A DNA stretch of 64,000 bases from Desulfobaccales bacterium (GTDB lineage Bacteria > Desulfobacterota > Desulfobaccia > Desulfobaccales > 0-14-0-80-60-11), in NCBI GenBank assembly GCA_049585595.1, contig JBAVAG010000023.1, positions 2,135 through 66,134 of the forward strand, written 5' to 3'. Both the position numbers and the translations under genes were made by a program. Numbering within the stretch: the stretch's first letter is position 1; each line of letters begins with the position of its first letter. Below are positions 55,621 through 64,000 of this stretch, piece by piece. A model generated the notes under the pieces. That model was given only the letters and a program-made list of their open reading frames with translations. It searched no databases and was not told where the DNA came from.

Positions 55621-56994
55621 CTAGTGTTTGATGAGCAAGGCCGCGAAAAAGCCATCCAGATCGCCGGCGCCACTGGAGGAGAACCATCCCGGCGGCTCCA
55701 CCAGGTGGCGGGCGGCAGCCGGCAGCAGCCGGGGGTCGGTCCCCAGGCGAAACTCCCGGTGGGCCCCCAGGAAGGACTCGATCAACTCCTGGTTTTCGGC
55801 AGGCTCCCCGGTGCAGGTGATATAGAGGAGCCTGCCGCCGGGTCTCAGGGCCGCGGCCGCGGCGGCAAGCCAGGCCTGCTGCCGCGGCGGAAAGGTGGCC
55901 AGATCGGCTTCCCTGAGGCGGGTCTTGATTTCCGGATGGCGCCTGAGGATGCCCAGGGCGGAGCACGGGGCGTCCAGGACCGCGGCGTCCATGACCCCAT
56001 TTTTCACGGGCAGGTCCCGGGCGGCATCGGCCCGGATGGGTTGGACGGCGTTCGCCCCCCAACGTGAAAGCGAGCCCCGCAGCTCCCGGAGCCTCCCCTG
56101 GTGCAGCTCCATCGCCAGGATGAGTTCGTGATTGCCGGACAATTCGGCCAGATGGGTGGTCTTGCCTCCCCGGCCGGATCCCAATTCCAGCAGCCGCCCG
56201 GACGCCCGCGGCAGCAGCAAACTGACGAGCTGGGCCGCCTCATCTTGAAACAGCCACAGCCCCTCTCGATAAGAGGGGAGCTCCAGCGGCGGCGCCTTCA
56301 GCCCGGATAAATGCAGCCCCACCGGAGACAATAGGCAGGACCTGGCTTCCACCCCTTCCCGGCTAAACCGGGCCACGAGGGCCGCGCGGTCGGTCTTCAG
56401 GGTGTTAACCCGCACGGTCAGGGGAGGGAGGCGGTTATTGGCGGCGAGCGTGGCTTCGGTCTGCACCGGGCCCCAGCGCTCCAGCCAGCGTCGCACCAGC
56501 CAGGCGGGGTGGGAATATTCGACGCTCAGGGCGAACGCCAGATCGGCCTGGCGCTCCGGCAGCGGGGGCAGGTCGCCCGCGGCCAAACGGCGCAGCACCG
56601 CGTTGATGAAGCCCCCGTAGGCGGCCGGCAAATGCCGGGCCTTGGCCTCGGCGACGGCCTGGTGGACCGCGGCCCGGGCCGGCACCCGGTCCAGCATCAG
56701 GATTTGATAGGCGGCCAGGCGCAGGATCAACAGGACCAGGGGGTGCAGCTTCTTAAGCGGCATGGCCGCAAGCTGGGAAAGGAAATAGTCGAGTTTCAGT
56801 TCAAGCCGCTTAACGCCCTGCACCAATTCCAGCAGCAAGGCCCTTTCCGGCCGCGGCAGTTGGGGGTGCCGTTTGAGGGTGGCGGCCAGCAGCTCCTCCA
56901 CCGACTTCCCCTGCGGCCGCGAGGCCGCGGCCAGGACGTCCAGGGCCAGGGCGCGGGCGCCGCGGCCCTCCTCGGATTGGGGCCTCTTGCTCAA
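55621..56994 (-). CDS. rsmB: 16S rRNA (cytosine967-C5)-methyltransferase
   Basis: 457 aa. NusB-like N-domain. SAM-MTase core (LELGSGRGGKTTHLA; VLDAPCSALGILRRHPEIK; LLYITCT). Confidence 0.85.
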   Translation of the reverse strand: MSKRPQSEEGRGARALALDVLAAASRPQGKSVEELLAATLKRHPQLPRPERALLLELVQGVKRLELKLDYFLSQLAAMPLKKLHPLVLLILRLAAYQILMLDRVPARAAVHQAVAEAKARHLPAAYGGFINAVLRRLAAGDLPPLPERQADLAFALSVEYSHPAWLVRRWLERWGPVQTEATLAANNRLPPLTVRVNTLKTDRAALVARFSREGVEARSCLLSPVGLHLSGLKAPPLELPSYREGLWLFQDEAAQLVSLLLPRASGRLLELGSGRGGKTTHLAELSGNHELILAMELHQGRLRELRGSLSRWGANAVQPIRADAARDLPVKNGVMDAAVLDAPCSALGILRRHPEIKTRLREADLATFPPRQQAWLAAAAAALRPGGRLLYITCTGEPAENQELIESFLGAHREFRLGTDPRLLPAAARHLVEPPGWFSSSGAGDLDGFFAALLIKH

Positions 56995-57106
56995 AATTTC
57001 CTCAAATCGGCACGTTGTTGTTACTATGGGGCGAATAATTGATCAACCCGGGACGAGAATCGCAGTATCTTCTGGAAAAATAGGTATAAGGAGATATGGG
57101 CAGCGC

Positions 57107-58033
57107 TTACCTGGCGGCCTCCTTTGCCAGATCATCCCGGACGAATTCCGTCCCCACTCCTTCATCCGTCAAAATCTCATCGATAAAAGAGTGAGTGCTG
57201 CCTTTGACAATATGACATTTTTGGACGCCGCCTTTTAAGGCCTTTAGACAGGTTTCCACCTTGGGAATCATGCCTCCATGGATGATCTTCCTGGCGATCA
57301 AGGCCTCAACCTGACTGACGCTCAAGGTCGAGAGCAGCGAGCCGTTTTCATCCAGAACCCCTTCCACGTCGGTCATCAGGATCAGTTTCTCGGCGCCGAG
57401 GCTCGAGGCCAGGATACCGGCCACGTCGTCCGCGTTGACATTAAAGCCCGCCTCACCTGGCCTGGTCCCGGCGGTCACCGCGGGCACTATGGGGATGACC
57501 TTAGCCGCCAGGTTATCTAACAACGAAACCTCAACGGCCCGGGGAACCCCCACAAAGCCCAACTCCGGAATATCTATTCGCTCCGATTTTACCAGGCCGG
57601 TCTCCCGCCCAAAGATAATCGAATGATAGCCAAGCCTTTCGATCTCGGTCTTGATTTCCCGGCTAACTGCAGAGAAGACCTGGGCTGCCAATTCCAGCAC
57701 TTCCGCGGAAGTTACCCTGAGTCCCCGAATCTTGCTAATTTTTAGATTTTTCTCCTTCATGGCCTGGTTAAGATGGCAGCCGCCGCCATTAACCAGGACC
57801 ACATCTATCCCAACTTTTTTCAAAAAAATCACATCTTCAACCAGGGCCGGTAACAGCCTAAAGTCATCCAGGATGGAACCGCCAACCTTTAAGACAAAGC
57901 GCTTTCCGGAAAAGGCATTTATGTAGTTGATAGCAGCCCGCAGTTCGGAAAGCTCATGCCTCTGCAAAAGCTTCCGGGCGGTTTTTATGTTGCCCATCTT
58001 GGACATCGCGACTATTCCCGTACTGGCGGACAC
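57107..58033 (-). CDS. argB: Acetylglutamate kinase
   Basis: 308 aa. ...GKRFVLKVGGSIL..., VVLVNGGG, ...NVNADDVAGILA... The start could be one of three nearby Met codons. Confidence 0.9.
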   Translation of the reverse strand: MSASTGIVAMSKMGNIKTARKLLQRHELSELRAAINYINAFSGKRFVLKVGGSILDDFRLLPALVEDVIFLKKVGIDVVLVNGGGCHLNQAMKEKNLKISKIRGLRVTSAEVLELAAQVFSAVSREIKTEIERLGYHSIIFGRETGLVKSERIDIPELGFVGVPRAVEVSLLDNLAAKVIPIVPAVTAGTRPGEAGFNVNADDVAGILASSLGAEKLILMTDVEGVLDENGSLLSTLSVSQVEALIARKIIHGGMIPKVETCLKALKGGVQKCHIVKGSTHSFIDEILTDEGVGTEFVRDDLAKEAAR

Positions 58034-58065
58034 AGCCCGCCCTATAATTTGGGGAGAGGAGATTT

Positions 58066-58087
58066 AATAGGGCGGCCTGTGGCCGCC
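58066..58087. repeat. REP variant AATAGGGCGGCCTGTGGCCGCC
   Basis: Identical to 55532-55553. Confidence 0.65.
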
Positions 58088-58124
58088 GAGTTCATCAGAT
58101 TGAATATTGCCTGTCACCTGCCTC

Positions 58125-58985
58125 TCAAATTTTTACCCCGTTAAGAGTCCCTTTCTCATCCCTGGCGAACTCCTCCGGGCTGCCGGCCAGCCCCGGGGTA
58201 GGCAGCAGGAAGGTCTTCAGGGCCTGTTCGACCCTCTCCAGGTCCACCAGGGTGTCATAGCAGGGGCCATTGGGCCGGGAGTTGAGCACCCCGAAGACCG
58301 GCAGCGGGTAGCTGTCCTGGATGCCGCTGCTCAGGTCCCGCTCACAGGCCACCGCGATGATCAGCCGCGGCCGCCGCTCCACGATGATGCGCCGGGCCAG
58401 GGTGCCGCCGGTGGCCACCGCCAGCCCTACCCCGTACTTCTCCGAGAGTTCCACCAGCCCCTTGATGGGGCATTGGCCGCAGCGTTTGCAGTGCACGCTG
58501 TTGCCGGTGATGCGGAACTGGCATTCATGAAACTGCAGGCAGTGGGGCATGAGCAAGAGCATCTTTTCCGGGGTGGCGCGGGAGTGCTGGGCCAGCACCA
58601 GTTGGTTGTTGATCTCGATGAAGGAGCGGCGCACCTGGTCCTCGGAGACGCCGCAAAGTTTGCCCACCGCGCTCATCAAGGGCAGCAGCAGCTTGATGAC
58701 CGCGCCCCGGAGTTTCCGGGAAAAGAACAGGTCCCGGCCCAGCATCACCGTCAAGGCCAGGAGCAGCAGGCCGCCCAGCAGGAGGAACAGCAGCGCCGCG
58801 AACAAGACCCCCAGGATCAAGGGCAGATGGGGGTTGAGGTTGCTGAGCCCCACGTAGGGCACGTACCACAGCACCCCCAAGAGGATGGTGAACAAGAGGC
58901 AGGTGACCGCCAGCAATCCCAGGAAGATACGTTTCTGGGGGCGGAGGGAATTGCCGCCGTTCAGAATTTTGCCCGGTTCCTCCAT
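58125..58985 (-). CDS. DUF116-family membrane protein
   Basis: 286 aa. N-terminal TM helices, then a Cys-rich cytoplasmic domain (LLLMPHCLQFHECQFRITGNSVHCKRCGQCPI). Its position next to fmt is typical for DUF116. Confidence 0.65.
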   Translation of the reverse strand: MEEPGKILNGGNSLRPQKRIFLGLLAVTCLLFTILLGVLWYVPYVGLSNLNPHLPLILGVLFAALLFLLLGGLLLLALTVMLGRDLFFSRKLRGAVIKLLLPLMSAVGKLCGVSEDQVRRSFIEINNQLVLAQHSRATPEKMLLLMPHCLQFHECQFRITGNSVHCKRCGQCPIKGLVELSEKYGVGLAVATGGTLARRIIVERRPRLIIAVACERDLSSGIQDSYPLPVFGVLNSRPNGPCYDTLVDLERVEQALKTFLLPTPGLAGSPEEFARDEKGTLNGVKI

Positions 58986-58998
58986 GTCGGCGCGCCTT

Positions 58999-59943
58999 TT
59001 AAGCCAAGACCTCTTTGAGCAGACTATGGCCCCGTAGAAAATCAGGAGCCGTCAAGCGTTTATGCCCGGCCAGTTGCAGTTCCTGCACCAGGACGCTACC
59101 CTGGCCGCAGGCGATTTCCAGCCCCCGGGAGCCAAGCCCCAAAACTGTGCCCGGAACCACGGCTCCCCCTTCCGATTTCTTTACCCTGGCGGCAAACAGT
59201 TTCAAGACCTCTCCCCGCCACAAGGCATAGGCCCCGGGAGACGGATCGAGCCCTCGAATCCAACCGGCCACTTCCCGGGCTGGCAATTGCCAGTTGAGGC
59301 GGCGCATCTCCCGGGAAATGGGCGGGGCATAAGTAACCCCTTCCTGGGGCTGGGGCACCCTTACGGCCTCGCCCCGGCGCAGCCTCTCCAGGGCCTCCAC
59401 CAGCAGGACTGCGCCCCTCTCCGCCAGCCTCCCGGACAGGGCGCCTAAATTGTCCTCCTCCAGGACCGGAACCCGTTCCTGGAGAAAGGTGGGCCCCGCA
59501 TCCAATTCGTGAACCACCCACTGAATGGTCACCCCGGTCTCCCGTTCTCCCCGGATCAAGGCCCAATTGATGGGGGCGGCCCCCCGATAGGCGGGCAGCA
59601 GGGAGGCGTGAACGTTGAGAAAACCCAAAGCCGGCACGGCCAGAAGCTCATGGGTCAACAGACGCCCGTAAGCCACCACGATTGCCAGCTCCGGCCCCAA
59701 AGCCTTAAGCTCTCGCGCCAGGGCGGGGTCCTTGAGACTCCGGGGCTGCAGCACCGGCAGCTTCCAGGAGAGGGCCAACTCCTTCACTGGCGACGGGGAA
59801 ACCCGCTGCCCCCGTCCCCGGGGCCGGTCCGGTTGGGTAACGACCGCCAGCACCTCCTCCCCGTGGGAGATCAAGGCTTCCAGGGAAGGCAGGGCAAACT
59901 TGGGGGTGCCCATGAAGATTAAACGCCAGGGGCCGTGCGTCAC
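58999..59943 (-). CDS. fmt: Methionyl-tRNA formyltransferase
   Basis: 314 aa. RLIFMGTPKFALPSLEAL..., ...NVHASLLPAYRGAAPINWALI... Confidence 0.9.
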   Translation of the reverse strand: MTHGPWRLIFMGTPKFALPSLEALISHGEEVLAVVTQPDRPRGRGQRVSPSPVKELALSWKLPVLQPRSLKDPALARELKALGPELAIVVAYGRLLTHELLAVPALGFLNVHASLLPAYRGAAPINWALIRGERETGVTIQWVVHELDAGPTFLQERVPVLEEDNLGALSGRLAERGAVLLVEALERLRRGEAVRVPQPQEGVTYAPPISREMRRLNWQLPAREVAGWIRGLDPSPGAYALWRGEVLKLFAARVKKSEGGAVVPGTVLGLGSRGLEIACGQGSVLVQELQLAGHKRLTAPDFLRGHSLLKEVLA

Positions 59944-60449
59944 TTGGCCGCCGCCTGTTTCTTAAGCCGCCTTAAATAGATGCTCCGCTTCAGCCGGCTG
60001 ATGCGGTCAATGAAGAGGACACCGTCCAGGTGGTCGACTTCGTGCTGGAGCACCACTGCCAGCAATCCCTCCCCGGTAATGGTTACGGGTTTCCCTTCCC
60101 GGTCCAGGCCCTGGACGCTCACCCGGGCGTGGCGCCGCACCTCGGCGCTAAAGTCCGCCACCGAGAGGCAGCCTTCCTCGTGGGTGAACTCTCCCTCGGC
60201 GTGGGTAATGCAGGGATTGATGATCACCCTGAAGTCCCTGGCCGCCCCCTCACGGTGGGCCACGTCGAAGACGATGAGGCGGTGCAGGACCCCCACCTGG
60301 TTGGCGGCCAGCCCCAGGCCCGGCGCGGCGTACATGGTTTCGGCCATATCATCGATGAGACCCTGCAGCTCGTCGTTGATCCCGTTGATCTCCCGCGCCG
60401 GCTGCCGCAGCACCGCATCGGGTAATTTACGTATAGGCAGGACTGCCAT
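59940..60449 (-). CDS. def: Peptide deformylase
   Basis: 169 aa. GLGLAANQVG, EGCLS, HEVDHLDG motifs. Confidence 0.95.
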   Translation of the reverse strand: MAVLPIRKLPDAVLRQPAREINGINDELQGLIDDMAETMYAAPGLGLAANQVGVLHRLIVFDVAHREGAARDFRVIINPCITHAEGEFTHEEGCLSVADFSAEVRRHARVSVQGLDREGKPVTITGEGLLAVVLQHEVDHLDGVLFIDRISRLKRSIYLRRLKKQAAAK

Positions 60450-60633
60450 GGCCCTCAGTTTTTCACTAATCCTTCCTTAATTTCTTAATTTAACTTTACG
60501 GCAATTCCGGCAAATTTTCAAGGGTTTGAGGAAGCGGCTGGACTAAATTGTCAGGCGGGATAATGGGCGAGGGCGGCAGCCAGGAATCGGGCAGCCTGCA
60601 GCCCAAGTAATTGGAGTGCGGCGGAGGGCGTTG

Positions 60634-60658
60634 CTGAAGGGCCGGTCCGGCCCTTCAG
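60634..60658. terminator. Perfect 12-bp palindrome downstream of the Spy-like gene (terminator candidate, no U-tract)
   Basis: CTGAAGGGCCGG-t-CCGGCCCTTCAG. Confidence 0.35.
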
Positions 60659-60681
60659 CGCTCAGGGGTTGACTGGTCCTG

Positions 60682-61185
60682 CTATTTTTCAGCGGCAGGC
60701 GCCATTGGCTCCATTCCGGGTCCACCCGGACCGCCGTGGCCCCAACCGTGACCTCTACCCCACATACCTTGCATGAAGGCGTGGGGGGCGATCTTGCGAA
60801 TCTCGAAGTGGAGAGCCAATTTCTGTACCATTAACTGGGCTCTCAGGTCCATCAATTCCTTGAGCTTACCCTCGATGGCCTTCTCATCGGGATTCTCAGC
60901 CTTCCACAAGGCCGCCATTTCCGCCCTCCCCACAACCAACTGCTTGCGCAGCGCCGCGGTGTCGTTGCGGAATTTTTCTTTGGCGTCGAAGATTTTACCT
61001 GCCTGATCCGGGGTCAGATTCATGAATCCATGATGGCCATGCCACATCATCCCCTGGGGAGCCCCTTGGGGACCACCCTTGGCAGGACCCTTGGGAGCCG
61101 CCTGGGCCCATACGAATGCCGCCAGGCCTACGGTCAACACCAGGGTCAAGAACAGCAGCAGCGTCCTCTTGCCCACAACTTTCAT
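60682..61185 (-). CDS. Periplasmic Spy/CpxP-family (LTxxQ) protein
   Basis: 167 aa. Signal peptide, an LTPDQ motif, coiled helical repeats, and His/Gly/Met-rich termini (MMWHGHHG; WGRGHGWGHGG). Confidence 0.65.
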   Translation of the reverse strand: MKVVGKRTLLLFLTLVLTVGLAAFVWAQAAPKGPAKGGPQGAPQGMMWHGHHGFMNLTPDQAGKIFDAKEKFRNDTAALRKQLVVGRAEMAALWKAENPDEKAIEGKLKELMDLRAQLMVQKLALHFEIRKIAPHAFMQGMWGRGHGWGHGGPGGPGMEPMAPAAEK

Positions 61186-61456
61186 ACTTCCATCTCCTCT
61201 TTATTTTTTGGCATTGCGAGTCACCTTCTGGGGACTTCATAGAATAAAACCCGGTTGGCTGGGGATTCCGGCGCGGCATTGTTTGGCCAAACCAAAAAGG
61301 GTGGGGGAATATTGGCTGGAAAGAAAACTGGACACCCTTGACGTTACTTCGCGGGGGCGGGGTTGCCCCAACCCGGGTAGGCTCCCATTAAAAATCAGGG
61401 CAGGAACATGGCTGCTCCTGCCCCGGGGTGGTTCTAAATGTGCTTAAAATGTGGCG

Positions 61457-62881
61457 CTAAAAGCGGCAGTAATCGTCTTCATGCCGCCGGATATCATCTT
61501 CGCCGAGATAGGAGCCGGTCTGCACTTCGATGAGGCGCAGAGGGACGCTCTCCCGGTTTTCCAGGCGGTGCGCGGTTTGGGCGGGTATGAAAACACTCTG
61601 GTTGCTGGCGACCGCTGTGGTCTCCGCGTCAATGGTCACCCGGGCGATGCCCTGCACCACCACCCAATGTTCCGCCCGGTGCTGGTGGCTTTGCAGGCTG
61701 AGGCGGCCGCCCGGCGCCACCTCGATCTGCTTGACTTTATACCCCGGGCCCTCGACCATCACGGTGTAATGCCCCCAAGGCCGTTGCACCGTGGGGTGCT
61801 GCACCGACTCCGCCATCTCCCGGCGGTGCAACTCCGCCACCAGGTCTTTCACTTCCTGGACCCGTTCCTTATGGCATACCAGGGTGGCGTCCTCAGTATC
61901 CACCACGATGGTGTCCTCCAGGCCGATGGTGGCCACCAGCCGATCCTGGGTGAAAAAGGTGCAGCCCTTGCTGCCTCGGTCCAGGACCCGCCCCAGGAGG
62001 ACGTTCCCCTGGGCGTCCCGGGGAAAGATCTCTTGCAAGGCCCCCCAGGTGCCCACGTCGTTCCAGCCCATCTCCACCGGCACCACGGCTACCCGGGCGG
62101 AATGCTCCATAATACCGTGATCGAGCGAAATGTTGGGAAAGTCCCGGTAAACCTTGGCCAGATAATCAGGGGTCGCCTTTCCCTGCTGGATTGCGGCCAA
62201 GCCCTGGTAAACTTCCGGCAGGTACTGCTTAAATGCCTCCAACAAGGAATCCCGGCGAAACAGGAAGATGCCGCTGTTCCAGTAATAGCCGCCTTCGTCC
62301 AGAAAGGCCCGGGCCTGGGAGGCATTCGGTTTTTCAATGAAGCGGGCGGCCTGAAACCCGCCTCCGGCGGGGTCGAGGGGTGGCCCTTGTTTTATATAGC
62401 CATAGCCGGTTTCCGGGCGGCTGGGGGGTATCCCGAAGGTCACCAGATAGCCGGCCGCGGCCCAGACCGCCCCCCGGTCCAAAGCCGCCAGCAGGCTCGC
62501 CTGATCGGCAATAAAATGGTCCGCCGGAAAGACCGCCAGCAGACCGTTGGGGTCGGCGGCCCCCAGCAAGACCGCAGCCAGGCCCACCGCGGGCGCAGTG
62601 TTTTTCCCCTCCGGCTCCAGGATGATCCTGATGTCTTGCCAACCTTTCTGGCGCAGCTCCAGGCTGATAACCTCAGCCTGGGCGCTATTGGTCACCACCG
62701 CCAGGCGCTCCATGGGAATACGAGGCAGCAGGCGCCCGATGGTCGCCTGAATCATGGACTCCGAACCCAGCAGGCGCAGCACCTGCTTGGGATATTGGGA
62801 GCGGCTCAGGGGCCAGAAACGGGTGCCCAGGCCCCCCGCCAGGATCAGGCCGGTTATCGGCACACGGTTTTCAGCAGTCAT
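61457..62881 (-). CDS. manC: Mannose-1-phosphate guanylyltransferase / mannose-6-phosphate isomerase
   Basis: 474 aa. ILAGGLGTRFWPLSR N-domain and a C-terminal cupin (...LSLQSHQHRAEHWVVVQG...). Confidence 0.9.
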   Translation of the reverse strand: MTAENRVPITGLILAGGLGTRFWPLSRSQYPKQVLRLLGSESMIQATIGRLLPRIPMERLAVVTNSAQAEVISLELRQKGWQDIRIILEPEGKNTAPAVGLAAVLLGAADPNGLLAVFPADHFIADQASLLAALDRGAVWAAAGYLVTFGIPPSRPETGYGYIKQGPPLDPAGGGFQAARFIEKPNASQARAFLDEGGYYWNSGIFLFRRDSLLEAFKQYLPEVYQGLAAIQQGKATPDYLAKVYRDFPNISLDHGIMEHSARVAVVPVEMGWNDVGTWGALQEIFPRDAQGNVLLGRVLDRGSKGCTFFTQDRLVATIGLEDTIVVDTEDATLVCHKERVQEVKDLVAELHRREMAESVQHPTVQRPWGHYTVMVEGPGYKVKQIEVAPGGRLSLQSHQHRAEHWVVVQGIARVTIDAETTAVASNQSVFIPAQTAHRLENRESVPLRLIEVQTGSYLGEDDIRRHEDDYCRF

Positions 62882-62894
62882 CTTTTCCCCAATA

Positions 62895-63824
62895 TTAAAT
62901 GGGCTGATTCAGCACACTTAATAAGTACTTACCATAACTGTTCTTGGACCCCGGCCGGGCCAGGATCCGCAGTTGCTTTTCATCTATATATCCCATCCGG
63001 TAGGCGATCTCTTCGATGCAGGCAATCTTCAGGCCCTGCCGTTTCTCGATGGTTTCGATGAAGGTGGACGCCTCCAGTAGCGATTCGTGGGTGCCGGTAT
63101 CCAACCAGGCAAAGCCTCTTCCCAGAATCTCCACCCGCAGTGACCCTCTCCTCAGATATTCCTTATTGATATCGGTGATCTCCAGTTCCCCCCGGGCTGA
63201 GGGCTTGAGGCCGGCCGCGATCTCCACGACGCTATTATCGTAAAAATAGAGACCGGGAACCACAAAGTTAGACCTGGGTTTCGCAGGCTTCTCCACCAAC
63301 CCGATGACGCGGTGGTCCTCATCAAACTCCACCACCCCGTATCTTTCCGGGTCCTTCACCCAGTAACCGAAGATGACCCCGCCCGACGCCTGGTTGATGG
63401 CCCTTTTGATGATCTCCTGAAAACCGTGCCCATAAAAAATATTATCCCCCAGGACCAGGCAGACCCGGTCCCGGCCGATAAAGTCCCGGCCGATGGTGAA
63501 GGCCTGGGCCAGGCCTTCGGGCCGGGGCTGCTCGGCATAGGTGAATTGCAACCCCAGTTGGGAGCCATCTCCCAAGAGGTTTCGGAACTTGGGGAGATCC
63601 TCCGGGGTGGAAATGACCAGAATCCGGCGAATGCCTGCCAGCATCAAGACTGACAGGGGATAGTAAATCATGGGCTTGTCAAAGACCGGCAGGAGCTGTT
63701 TACTCACCACCTGGGTGATGGGATAGAGCCGTGTTCCGGCCCCGCCGGCCAAAATTATGCCCTTCCAGCCTGTGGCCCCGGTCCCCTTCCGGGCCGCGGC
63801 CCCCTTGCCTGCCGAATCTCGCAT
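62895..63824 (-). CDS. rfbA: Glucose-1-phosphate thymidylyltransferase
   Basis: 309 aa. [35 protein letters not shown]... Has a 20-aa N-terminal extension relative to typical RfbA; no alternative start codon is visible. Confidence 0.9.
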   Translation of the reverse strand: MRDSAGKGAAARKGTGATGWKGIILAGGAGTRLYPITQVVSKQLLPVFDKPMIYYPLSVLMLAGIRRILVISTPEDLPKFRNLLGDGSQLGLQFTYAEQPRPEGLAQAFTIGRDFIGRDRVCLVLGDNIFYGHGFQEIIKRAINQASGGVIFGYWVKDPERYGVVEFDEDHRVIGLVEKPAKPRSNFVVPGLYFYDNSVVEIAAGLKPSARGELEITDINKEYLRRGSLRVEILGRGFAWLDTGTHESLLEASTFIETIEKRQGLKIACIEEIAYRMGYIDEKQLRILARPGSKNSYGKYLLSVLNQPI

Positions 63825-63916
63825 CTTAAGGCCTCATCTGCTATTCAGATCTTGTGGGCAGTTATCGTCTCCGGAGCACCCGTTCATGGTCTTTGGCCCA
63901 CCCACTAAATATGACC

Positions 63917-63975
63917 GGTGGGGCGGGCGTCTCGCCCGCCACTCAGTCCGCACAGGCGAGACGCCTGTGCCACCA
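63917..63975. repeat. REP variant at the window edge
   Basis: ggtggggcgggcgtctcgcccgccac...cacaggcgagacgcctgtgccacc: two GC hairpins. Confidence 0.55.
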
Positions 63976-64000
63976 TCGCTTCAAAATTTTTCAGGCCAGT

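Noticed and set aside
58107-59018. 303-aa plus-strand ORF
   Set aside because: It is antisense to the DUF116 gene.
61451-63061. 536-aa plus-strand ORF
   Set aside because: It is antisense to manC and the rfbA 3' end.

Overview
This is a high-GC (about 60%) bacterial chromosomal window. The gene content points to an anaerobe of the deltaproteobacterial / Thermodesulfobacteriota type: a 2-oxoacid:ferredoxin oxidoreductase, SelB, radical-SAM genes, a PEP-CTERM protein and GEMM-type leaders. That taxonomic guess is inference only. All calls come from reading motifs by eye; no searches were run.

Most of the window is housekeeping genes: ligA, glgA/galT, hisA, selB, ribD, miaB, purL, rsmB, argB, fmt/def, manC/rfbA, and a complete trp regulon on the minus strand (26.8-40.1 kb).

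The main non-routine observations are:
1. An ArsM-like SAM methyltransferase whose true N-terminus lies upstream of an in-frame TGA. The TGA aligns to the second Cys of the conserved ArsM CC pair and is followed by a SECIS-like hairpin, so this is probably a selenoprotein that the ORF track truncates.
2. Two tandem promoter + GEMM-I (c-di-GMP/cGAMP class) riboswitch modules upstream of a PEP-CTERM exoprotein gene.
3. A classical trp attenuator upstream of trpE: a promoter, an 18-codon leader peptide containing W-C-W-W, and a strong terminator.
4. A trp operon interrupted by a four-subunit 2-oxoacid:ferredoxin oxidoreductase and by a large membrane pentapeptide-repeat protein that sits 17 nt upstream of trpD.
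5. An unusual intergenic repeat landscape. Tandem heptanucleotide arrays (CAGTGAG, CAGTAAT, CTACTGG, CCGAAAA, AGGTTTG and others) often occur as inverted pairs around AT-rich cores (MITE-like). They invade the 3' ends of genes and supply their last codons and stop codons.
6. A REP-associated tyrosine transposase (RAYT) flanked by perfect 29-bp inverted REPs, plus many GTAG-anchored GC-rich REP hairpin families throughout the window.
7. A hicB-hicA pair with hicA frameshifted in a C-run.

No CRISPR array, rRNA, prophage or recognisable defence island was seen. Many long ORFs in the supplied track are antisense artefacts of high GC and are rejected.
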